64,000 nt of DNA. It comes from Octopus bimaculoides (lineage: Eukaryota). Under the pieces are notes generated by a model. It was not told the DNA's origin, searched no databases, and saw only the letters and a program-made list of their open reading frames with translations. The translations under genes were made by a program, and so were the position numbers. Positions 14,201 to 27,000 of the stretch are shown here, in pieces. Numbering within the stretch: the stretch's first letter is position 1; each line of letters begins with the position of its first letter. Where the stretch lies: NCBI RefSeq assembly GCF_001194135.2, contig NC_068991.1:23221521-23285520 (forward strand). Direction: 5' to 3'.

Positions 14201-17200
14201 CACTGAGCAACAATGAAACTGAATATTCTTGAAATTTCTAACAAATGTTTAAAAATGCCTGAGATAAATTGATCTAATTAGACTAAATAATTTTAAAAAC
14301 TAATTAACTTCATATTAACCCTTTTGATACCAATCCAACATGGAACTGCCTTTGGTACAAAGTTTCTGTTTTAAAGTGACCTAAATTTAAATCTATCTAA
14401 ATTTCATGTTCATTTAGACAACAGATTGATAATGACAAAGTTATTTTATTAAATTCTTCATTATTTTCAAAATTAAATGAAACAAAACCAGTGTATTTTA
14501 ACAGAAATATAGTAAGTAAAGGTTTATATTTTCTACCATCTTGGAAGTGATGATAAAAAGGGCCAGTTTTGTCTTATCTGTTTTGATACTATCCATCTTA
14601 GACCACTCTTAGGTCCACAATACTAAACTTCCTATGTTAAAGTAATCGAAATTAAATCCTTCAGTCAAAATTTCATATCACCCCAGCACTTTATACTATT
14701 ATTTATCTCTTACAACTCCTTCTGATCTTTTCTTCTTTCTCTCTCCTCCCCTCCCCTACTAGATGTGAGTTGCCCTGCAGATGCCTCTACAGGAACCTAC
14801 TCTACCCCTAAACTTTCATAGTATTCCCCTTGTCCCCTAGCATGATACTGATCCTCCTACCTCCCCCAGGGTCCTTAGTCCTGTGAACTGCATGGCAATC
14901 CCAATAGTGCAGGTGGCACAAAAAACACCCAGTCCATGCTGTAAAGTGGTAGACATTAGGAAGGGTATCCAGCTGTAGAAGCCATGCCAAAGCTGACACA
15001 TCGGATCCTATCAATCCATCCAACCCATGCCAGCTTGGAACATGGATGTTAAATGATAATGATGAATGGCGAATTTCCCAAACAGTCAGAGGAAGTTAAA
15101 TGTAAATGTAATTGAGAATTTCAGTAAAAACTGTCTCCCACTTTTAATCATTGATCAAAGTAATTATTTAAACAAAGATGATTGATATAACAGTCTTTAC
15201 AAGCTAATTTGATAATCCCATTTCTAACATGTCGGTGTCCATTGGATAAGTTGTTAACCAGATTCTCTGATCTTTTTTTATTTGCAGCTTCAAAAGTTAG
15301 TGCCTCATCAGTAGGAAATCCACCAGTAAGTATTAAAAGATGTTATAAAGTACCTAATTCTGTTTGTTTCTGTGTTACGGTGTTACACATCCAGCATAAT
15401 TCTCAAACACATTGCTTTTATACAGCAAGGGATGTGTGGAATCTTTTTTTTTTTTATCCACTTCTTTATTCTTGCATGGCTGTGTGCTTAAGAAGCTTGC
15501 ATCTTAGCAATGTGGTTCCAGGTTCAGTACCACAGCATAGAATCTTGGGCAAGTTACTTCTACAATAGCCCCAAACCAACCAAAACCTTATTAGTGAATT
15601 TCATAGACAGAAACTAAGAAGCCTAGTGTGTGTGTGTGTGTGTCATTTAGTAAATACAGGATTTAAATGTGAGCTACTATAAGTATCATGCTCCAATAGT
15701 ACTGTAATTAGATGAGCTTGTATAACCATGTATTATCCTGTAATATTCCAAGCTCAAAGCACTCAATATGAGGTCATCTCATTAATCTACCATCAGAGCA
15801 TGAAACTTATTGTAGCTCACATGTAAATCTTGTGCCTATTGACATATTGATCTCTTATTGAATGGAATATTTTTTTTGTGTGTTGATCCTATCAATAACA
15901 GAACAGTGCCTTATATAAGTATGTATATAATTTAGTTGTCTAAGAATCTATGGATCAGATTAATTTATGAAACATTCTATACATGAAATATATATTATCA
16001 TCATTTAAAATCCCTTTTCCTGTGAGGGCATGGGTTGAGCCATTCGACAAGAAAAGATGTGCTAGGTTTTATTTCTACTTTGGGATGGTTTCTGCAGCTG
16101 GATGCAGAGGTCAAGGTACAAGGTGAATCTAAGAGACAGAATAGGATAGAGGAACATAAAAGATGGATGTGCACTGAGTGAAAATAACGTGACAGATGAT
16201 CAGAGATAGGGAATAAGTTGAACACAGAAAATATCAGCTCAGCTCACTGAGAGGAAGTGAAGGAAGTAAGTAGGATAATATAGAAGATTGATGGAGAAGT
16301 GGGTGCTAGAAGATGAGTTAAATGCTTTAAATAAGGTAAAAAAAGTGCCTTTACTCTTTTTTTTAAACTTTTTTTATTTGTTTCAGTCATTTGACTGCAG
16401 CCATGCTGGAGCACCGCCTTTAGTCGAGCAAATTGACCCCGGGACTTATTCTTTGTAAGCCTAGTACTTATCCTATCGGTCTCTTTTGCCGAACCGCTAA
16501 GTGACGGGGACACAAACACACCAGCATTGGTTGTCAAGCAATGCTAGGGGGACAAACACAGACACACAAACATACACACATATACATATATATATATACA
16601 TATATATGACGGGTTTCTTTCAGTTTCCGTCTACCAAATCCACTCACAAGGCTTTGGTCGGCCCGAGGCTATAGTAGAAGACACTTGCCCAAGGTGCCAT
16701 GCAGTGGGACTGAACCCGGAACCATGTGGTTGGTAAGCAAGCTACTTACTACATAGCCACTTCATGGCAATCATTTATTATTTTACATTTTGAAAAAGTG
16801 GGTGATAGTATTTTCTATGGAAGAACTATTGAACTACCAATATATACAAAAATGAATTGTACAAGTCAATAGTTGTGTTTGACCTTTCATTGCTAATGTA
16901 ACCATTGTTTAGTTTCCTTGGAATTTATCTTTATATGAAAGACTCCGTACTCATTATTACCATTACTGTTATTGTCATCATCTGTTTGTTTGCTGACCAC
17001 TCTGCTAATTTTTTATTCCATGAACCTTGTGGCTGTTGATTGATAGTTGCTTATTTTGTTCTCATTCTAGGTACACACACGAAAAGTTGATGGTCTTGAC
17101 TTACCTTACTTCCAAGTAAACATAACTGATGGCACAGTTTGTGACCTGACTGGAGGACCAAGACAGGCAGCTATTCTTTATGTGTGCCAACCAGAAGGCC

Positions 17201-17296
17201 GAGGAGAAATCTTTGAAATGAAAGAAGTATCCACGTGTGAATATGAAATTATTGTGCTCACATCAGTTCTCTGTAGCCACCCAGATTTTAAGTAAG

Positions 17297-17384
<88 letters not shown>

Positions 17385-17386
17385 CC

Positions 17387-17419
<33 letters not shown>

Positions 17420-17420
17420 G

Positions 17421-17452
<32 letters not shown>

Positions 17453-17466
17453 CCTCTCTCTCTGTC

Positions 17467-17520
<54 letters not shown>

Positions 17521-18050
17521 TCTGAACTACACCATAAGAGGTTGGTGGTTCGAATTGCAGTCATCATTGTTGTATATATGAGTGTTTGTCTTTATCCAAC
17601 ACACTTTTTCTCTCCATTGCCATCGTAATTTTGACATCCGCTTTCCCATGCTTCCATGGGTCAGATGGAATTCATTGATGCAGATTTTTTTATGGTTAAG
17701 TCGCCTTTCTTGTCACCAACTTTTGCCTGCTTCCAGGCAAGGTTATATTTCCTTATGGCCTGACATGTTTTTCACCAACGATTGGAAATGAGCAACGGCT
17801 GTATCACAGTGATGCTCATTCACAACCATCACACAATATCAAGGCAAGAATACACAATGGCTGAAACCAGTTAAAGAATATATAAAATTCTAAATAATTA
17901 ATAACTTTCTGTTCTGACACCTGAACTGCTCTGTGTCTTTTACAAATTACCACTTGAGACTTAACTGAAACAAGACAGTGAAAATGAAGTAAAGGATGAA
18001 AAAGAGAGGTGGGAAAAAAAGTGGAATAATATAGCAGAAGATGACAAAGA

Positions 18051-18081
<31 letters not shown>

Positions 18082-21000
18082 TATTTTCTTTGTCATTTTG
18101 TGCGGGTGACACGTAAAAGCACCCACTACACTCTGAGTGGTTGGCGTTAGGAAGGGCATCCAGCTGTAGAAACTCTGCCAAATCAGATTGGAGCCTGGTG
18201 TAGCCATCTGGTTTCACCAGTCCTCAGTCAAATCGTCCAACCCATGCTAGCATGGAAAGCAGACGTTAAACGACGACGACGACGATGTATGTATGTATGT
18301 CAATTTCTTTTTTTAGTAAACACGGAATGCAACCAGCTAGATTTAATCTCTGGTTCATCTACAATAAGTTAAAATATTCTCTCTCTTGCTCTTTCTCTCA
18401 AGACTATAATTCTGTATTCCTGTTATTTAATTCTAGACCCAAGAATCCACATATTGGCAAGATAGATTGCCATTCTGTTGAAGGTGCTCCGGTGCGTCCT
18501 GTAAATATGGACCATTTGGCTGAGGAAAATCGATATGGTCTTCCTTTTGAAGATGAAGCTAATGTAAGCAAGGCATTAACCTCTTTTATGTAATTTCTTT
18601 TGCTTCCAAATTAATGATCTTCCTTTGACCCACTTGTCTGCAACAACTAAATTTAACCCTTTAGCATTCAGATTACTGTCAAATGTAATGTTTATTTGTT
18701 CATATTGTCTTGAATTAAAGGGTAAAGACCCCTTTCAGTCATGAATGATCATGGGATTGCACCTAGAAATTTCTCCTCCAAGGCACAAATCCAGGCAAGA
18801 TTGTTTATAGAAGACCAGCAATCATCCATGCATACTACCCTCCCCTCTCCATGACACTGATGTTATCCAAGGGAAAGGCAAAGGCCGGTGCAGCTTGGCA
18901 CCAATGACATGACAAGTCATTTCTACTGCTGAGTGAACTGGAGCAATGTGAAATAAAGTGTCTTGTTCAAGAACACAACACACAGCTCAATTCAGGAATC
19001 AAACTCACAACCTCTAACCACTGAGCTATGCGTCTTGAATTAATCATGCATCATCTTGTAGCTTCAAGATTTTGAAGAGGAGATCGTTCATTTTTAGAAT
19101 GACATTGTAGAGTAGATGTGAGAGGCTGGATCTGGCCAGTTTGAACATAAAACAGGTAGAATATTTAGGCCTGTTATGGCTAAGGGTCAAACATTAACTT
19201 TCTAAACTCACATAATTATCCCTACACTTCTTATTGAAAGACTACTGACACATACAAACATATATGGTTTGGGTCAATCCGAGTCTTATAAGTGAAATTG
19301 AGTAGATGGAAACTATGCAGAAGACCTTATCCCTCCATCCTATACTGCACTCAGTAGAGGAGTCTTATTTTGCAGGTACTTAATGATCTCACTGGTACTG
19401 GGACCACATAAAAAGCGCCCAGTACACTCTGTTAAGTAGTTGACTGTAGGAAAGACATCCAGTTGAAGAAACCATACCAAAGCAGATGTAGAACCTGGTG
19501 CAGCCCTCTGGCTCGTCTGTTCTTGTTGAACTGTCCAACCCATGCCAGCATGGAAGAGGGGACATTAAATGATGATGATGATGACAATAATGTATCTGCA
19601 GAATGATAAACCCCTTATATACCAATTCAATTGTTGAAAACAGTGGATATCTAGTTTTACACATCTATGTGTCTGTGTAAATGTGTGTATGCATACTGAT
19701 ATATATACATAAATCACACAATATATATATGCACATATAAGTATGTGTATATATACATATACACATACTTATACTGATACATACACATATATAAACATAT
19801 ACAAAAGCATTTACTCATATATACGTATGTTACAAAGAAGAACACTGAAATCTGTTTGAGATTTTTGATGAAAAAATATTTATTCTTATAAACAAGATGT
19901 TAATTAGAACGACAAAACACTGAGAGTGTTTGATGATTATTATTCGTGGATTGGTGTAATTGTTGCAGCAGTTAAAATTTTAGCTGGTCCTTGTGTTGCT
20001 GTTACCATTCATCCATTGTGGTTAGCTGTTGATTGTGCTACTGTCTTCTGATGTCTCTCATTTACCGTCCATTTATTGTTTTTGCGTTGATCCAGTGTTT
20101 GGTAAACCATCTGTTTACTACAACCCTTTCTGATTGGTCTTATGTCTATCATCCACTGTTTGTCATAGTAGCTAGGGTGCATTGAATATATAGTGATGGT
20201 TAGTCTCAGAAAGATGCATGCCAAAAATGTAATTGTTGTTGGAGCCAATTCCACATGAAGTCTTGATTGGTCAGATTTTTTTTATGACATAGGCTTGTTG
20301 GCACTCCATCGCTTACGACGTCGAGGGTTCCAGTTGATCCGATCAACGGAACAGCCTGCTCGTGAAATTAACGTGCAAGTGGCTGAGCACTCCACAGAAA
20401 CGTGTACCCTTAACGTAGTTCTCAGGGATATTCAGCGTCACATAGTGTGACAAGGCTGACCCTTTGAATTACAGGCACAACAGAAACAGGAAATAAGAGT
20501 GAGAGAAAGTTGTGGTGAAAGAGTACAGCAGGGTTTGCCACCATCCCCTGTCAGAGCCTCGTGGAGCTTTAGGTGTTTTCGCTCAATAAACACTCACAAC
20601 GCCCAGTCTGGGAATCGAAACCGCGATCCTATGACCGCGAGTCTGCTGCCCTAACCACTGGGCCATTGCGCCCCCACATGACATCGGTAATATTCTAGCA
20701 AATCACAACCTCAGCTATAGTGATCTGATTGCTAAATATTCCTGTTACATGACTCTCCTGCCAGTGAAAATGTCCATTCACAATGAATTGAATTGAAATG
20801 ATGAGAACAATGCAGGAATTGCAGATGTGAAGTATTTAAAGGAGCATGCATTAGAAAAGGATGAATGCAAGACTAAAAATATTGGTTAAGTTGCATAGGT
20901 GGTGAGCAGCTCATCTAGCTGAAAAGAGCCGGAGCACTATCAGAAGATATTTTTCATGCACAATGCAGTGCTGTCTTCCGCATGAAGTACTGTACAAGCA

Positions 21001-24000
21001 TGTGCTGTAAAAACCAGTTATGTGAAATAAAATCAAAATGAATGCTATGCAAGAGAAATCAGAAATGTTAAATGTTAGCCCAGAGAATAATTGTAAAAGT
21101 ACTAAGAAAGATTATCTGAGGAGGATATGTGTATGTATATGAGCCAGATGAGTGCAGCTAAATGTGTAACTGAGTGAGTGACTCATACATAGTCATGTGC
21201 ATGTCCACTGGTGAGTCAGTGTAGTGTCTACCAGTGGGTCAGCAGTTGCATATTCATGTGCATTTGAGCATGTGCACTTGCATTGAAATCTACTGATTTG
21301 GTATTGTGAACCTATTCAGCTATTTCCAAGCTTAGGGACATAAGCAGCTGAAGTAGGCTGGCATCTTCTAACTATAGTAATTTTATGTCTACTGTTAGCA
21401 ATGTGTTTGTAAGTGTCTATGTGCATGCTATGCATTTTATAGTGTGTGCAATGCAAATGTATTCAGATGTATGTATGGGATGCACATTTATGTGTTTAGG
21501 AGTGTGTGAACAGAGAAGAAAGAAAGAACAAATATGTAAAGTCAGTGTAGCATCGACAGACCAAGCATCCGCAAATGTATGTGCAGGCCTGGGCAAGAAT
21601 TTTTGAGGAAGACTATCAGTTACCCATGCAAGCAAGTCTCCCTTCTCCACACCATCAATCCTTATCCAAAAGAAAAGCTGCCAACTTGGGTAAATACAGC
21701 TTGGCATCAGTGTCATCACAGGTGTTACTGTCCGAATGTAATTAGCCAGAACAGATTCTGTAAGGCATATTGCTTGACCCTCTAACTTTCTTAGCCATTC
21801 ACTTTGGAAAAATTTGGACTCGGTACAGAGAGTCAGAATAAATACTGCATGGCATTCTATCCAACAATCTAATGACTCTGCCAATGTGCCATTTTGTGAT
21901 TGAGATTTGGTAGATGAAAACTGTGCAAAAACCATTGTATATCATCATAAATTTTATGTCCAATTTCTATACTGATATGATCTGAATCATCATGGTCTGT
22001 ATCAGTTCTTCATCAGACTTACTGGCCTCCTAGTTAGTTTTGGGGACCACATTTCACTTGTACTTTGTATGATATCATTATATAATTTTGTTTGTTTGTT
22101 CAGGTATTTGACAAATCAAGCCTCTTCAAGATAAATTTACATGACAAAAGGAAATTCACACAGAAAACTGAGGTGTACGATCAGAAAACAAAGATAGCCA
22201 TGTCGACAGGAAATGGTGGTATAGGACTAGCTACAGATGAACAGACTATCAGAGATTTCCTCAGTGGAACAGATTGTCTGAAAGGTGTATGTAAAACATT
22301 TAATTCTTTACAATGCTTCAAATATATTCACATTTCTGATCACAGCTCTTGTCTTGGCAAACCGACTTCAATAAACGATAGACAAGGTTCAGAAGAAAGT
22401 TAATGGATTGTTTTAAGCTATGCCTTACCAAAAATCTTTACTCTCTGGGTCATTACAATACTATGTCTTCTCCAATTCATTTGTTATACTATTTCATCAA
22501 TGCAGTTTACTACTAATCTCTTCAAATTTGAGTCATTATTAGAAATAGGCACCAGATCATATGTAAATGTTACTTGAATAAACTAACATTCTATTCAAGC
22601 GTTTGCTCTATCTTACTACTCTGCATTATCTTCAGTACATTCTGACAAATTATTTCTCATTATAATTATCTCCAATACAATGTTTATCATTGTCATAGTC
22701 ATTACTATCTCTGTCAACATCATTAGGATCATTATTATCATCAATATCCCGTTTTGGTGGCCCATAAAAAGCACCTTTCAAGTGTTGGGCTTCATAGAGG
22801 CTATGTAGCTGATGCTGGTGTCATGTAAAATGAACCTATGTAAAATGCACCTTCCGAACACTAGGCCTCACAGAGGCAATGACAAATGATATGCTTGAGA
22901 AGACCCATCAAGCCAAGTGAAATCATAGTCATGGCAGATACTGGTGTCATGCCAACTGACATCCATTCCGGTGGCATGTAAAAGCACCCATCACACTCAC
23001 GGAGTGGTTGGCGTTAGAAAGGACATCCACCTGTAGAAACAATGCCAAATCAGACTAGAGTCTGGTGCAGCCTCTCAGCTTACCAACCCTGGTCAAACTG
23101 TCCAACCCATGCCAGCATGGACAAGGGATGTTAAATGATGATGATGAATAGTCTAATGTTCTGCTTTCCATTTGTCCATTGTCATTGGTTGCTCAAGTCC
23201 AAACCAGCTGACTAGTCTCCTTCTCACAGTATTTATTTTTACCAAATCTTAACTGTTTTGATACCAGCCTACCCGCAGGGACCACCTGTGGTTTTATGAA
23301 GCAAAACTACCTATATTAAAATTATCATATATTTAAATTAAAATCTTCTTTCATAATTTTATGTGAACACTATTTTAATAATAAAATGTGTCTAAATTTT
23401 TTTCATAATTAAGATATAAGTACAAAAGGGTTTAATATAGATTTTTTTTTTATCAACTGGTCTGTCTATTTGTCCTAAAGTAGAAATACATTAGATGATT
23501 CGCTATACTTCATCTTAAACTATTCTCATTATTTCACAGGGTGCTGGATGGTGGAAACATGAATTTTGCTATGGCAAATATGTTCGGCAATATCATGACG
23601 TAAGTTGGTTCCTGCCATCCTATTCTGTCTTCTGCTTTATAAGCTCCTCGTTTTGTGCTTTTGTCTTCTTTTATCTTTCCTTCTCCCACTTTTTCTCATT
23701 TAACATTTATTTTATTTTTCTACTATGTCTTGTTTCTATAACATTGTTGCCGTTGGTAAAAGGTATTTGACTTATACTGTATTAATTCTTCTTTAATATA
23801 GGGCAATGATGGACGTACTGTTATAACTCTTGGTCACTGGAAGCTTGACAAACATTTACAGTGGTTGCATGCTAATCCTTTGAAAAAACCAAAGCCAATA
23901 GGAAAGAGAAGGTGACCTTTTGCTTAAATTCCATTTCAAAACACATTTTGGAAATTTTAAATTAAAATAAAGTTCTTTACTTTTGTAGAGATCCTTTTAT

Positions 24001-27000
24001 TTTTATCAATAAAATATTTTAAGGGTTCAAACATTGAAAGTAAATGACCCTACTCATTCTTTGTCATTTATGCTGCACCTATTCTACACATCATACCATG
24101 CCTGTTATAGAACAGTTTAAAAGGCATTTAATTTTTACACAATACAAACATATTCCACTCTATATGCATCTTAAGCCATGCTCAATGTGCTAGAAATACC
24201 AGTCAAATCTCAATCTCCTTCAAATCACATAACTACTATCTTAAAACAGGATAGATACATTGGATAACATAGTCCTATATGTACTATGTCTAAAAACAAA
24301 GGACAAGATTGCTGAACTGGAATGATTAGTAGGTCTGTTCACTCAGTTAACTTGGGATTAAACATCATCTATCTATATATATATATTTCACACAACACAC
24401 CTTGACTACTACAGTGCAGCTTGAGAAGCCTTTACTTCTTTCACACAGTACACAACACAACATTCTGTGACTTATATAATAGCCAATTTACTGCTAACTT
24501 CTCAAGCATAATCAAGGCAATACCAGTGGCATAGAATAAGGTGTGTAGGCCACACAGGGTGGCCATTTTACAAATGTGTTTGCTATAGTCAATGCATTTA
24601 AGTAAGTAGGTGGCCAATTTGGCTACTATAACTTGTGCTGTGCCACTGGCATGATCTGTTTTAAAACAAAGTAGAGCTATATTACTTATACAAAGTTATA
24701 AGCAATGGTTTTGCAAGATTTGTTCTCATGATAATAGTGTTCTGGTTTGATTTATTTGGCTGGATAACGAATATACTCAATAGCAGTATTCACTCAATGC
24801 AAAACAAGCTAGTAGTATATATCACTGGATTTCTCAACTTGAAATAATATTTGTGTATATATTATTATTACTTTACATATAGCAAGCACTATTGATCAGT
24901 CTCTTAATCAGCTGTTGACTGGCAGTCACAACAATTTCAATATTTATCTAAACAAACAGTAAGTGATTTATGAGTGCTAAAGAGTATCTCATTTACTGTT
25001 AAAGAATCCAATATATTTTGAGAAAGTTACAGCCTTGGTTATGGTTAAATTCTCTGGAGAGCTTAGTCTCACAGTAGTGTTTAGTCTTTTGTTTTTGATG
25101 GTAAAGTGATAAACAAGATGTAGGAACAGCAGTAGTAGATGTACCTACTGCCCTTCATCTATACATGGTCTCATTTTGTAATTTAATATTGCTACTATTT
25201 GTTATTCACAGAGTACAGATAATTGGGGTGATGAACTGACAACTATATGAGAAGTTAAAGATTCATATCTTTTACTTCCACTGAATTATGTCTTTGACCT
25301 AAGAAATTTAATTCTTTGAAGGTGAAATCCACTTTTCTCTGAGTCTTAAAAAGTACAGTAGACTGTTGCAGACAGCAACTGCATTGTAAAATTGCAAAAT
25401 TGTTTGGTACCATGTTGTGGTTGGTTCAGTTCCTCTTAGAGGAAAGAACATCAGTCCTATTCAGGAGCACATTTATCTCTGATTTGTTTAATGCTGTAGA
25501 AAAGCATGATATACACCAATTCAGAGTATTATTGAGATGAGAGAAAGGATTATCTAATTGTTTCTGATATGCGTTGCTGTTTCTTTTCTCTGCTATATTC
25601 AGTTTCTTCTCTCTTCTATTCACAGGAGTATTTCTCTACTCTATACTGATGGAGACTTCTGTGAAGCCAATGGAAAGAAGAGAATTGTTGAAGTTAAATT
25701 AAAGTAAGTTATTTTTCAAAATATATCAATGATACAGCTTTGTAAAACTTTTTTTTTTTGCCAGGACGTTTTCTCTTTTTTTATCAACCATTGTTATTCA
25801 TTTGAAATTGAGATTAGAAAGGATATACCAAGCAGGGAAGCAAAACCTAATATCAAGATGTCTTAAGGTAAATTTAGCAAAGACAAAAGTTTTAGTAGGC
25901 AGGAAAGAAGACAGGTCTCTGGTGTCTTAGGGGAAATGGTCTTGCTCAATATGCAGATAAGGACTCCATACACTGAGCCCAATGTAAGCTATGAATACAC
26001 AAGAAATACAGCAAAATCCCAGGCAGACTAAGAGAGAGCATAAGCTTCATATATGATAAATGCACTGGAGCAAACCAGAAATAAATTCTCTCTAATGCCC
26101 AGATGGCTCATTAGAAGTAGCTGATAGCTTTTGTTAAGAAGGAGACATGATTGGCTAGGGAAGTGGCTGCTCTGAAAGCATAGTAGCCAGAATAAGAATG
26201 GGTTGGAGAAAGTCCATGGAGCCACTGCCTCTTGGTGACAAAAGTCTTTTCCCTCAGTGTGAGCAGTACTCTTAATCTGTCATTTTCTTTAACACCATAA
26301 CTTGGCTGTTTAATGTTTTTAATACAGTCTACTCTGTTCTAATCATTTAGATTAGGTTTGAAGACATTCCTCCATTTCTGCTACTAGTCTCAGAGGTAAA
26401 AAGGTCATGAGCAGTTCTTCTTCTGACTAAACCCTGAAAACAACAGTAAAAATAGGATTTTGCTTCACTATTATTTCATGTGCTTTTTTAAAAATTTTCT
26501 CTAATATGTCTGTTATGTAAGACACTGGAAGTTACATCATCAAAGTTCTACATTTTTACTATTTTACTCAGGTGCATTGAAGATTTAAGCAGATCACATT
26601 CTTTTGCATTATACATCATGGAACCCAAAACTTGTGAATACATTTTAGGGGTAAGTAAACTAATCTGTTTCCAATGTGTACTTGCTGTTCATTTATAGAG
26701 ATAATAAGTGGGACATTTTGCAACAATTAACATTCACTGTGTCCCTATATTAACACACAGAATTTGATAACGGTAACATTTTGTTGTGGTTATTGTTCCT
26801 TAGCCCTAGACCAGCTCTTGTCAACTAGAACTATGAACAAAAACATTCCATCATGCTATTTATGATATTCCCATCTTTGTTATGCTTTTCCCCCAGATAT
26901 ATCAATGATAACATTATCTAACATGTCATCCTTCTTTATTAAAACAATATGTTGTTATTTGGCTGCTATTTTTTGCATGTTGAGCACTAATATTGAAGAT

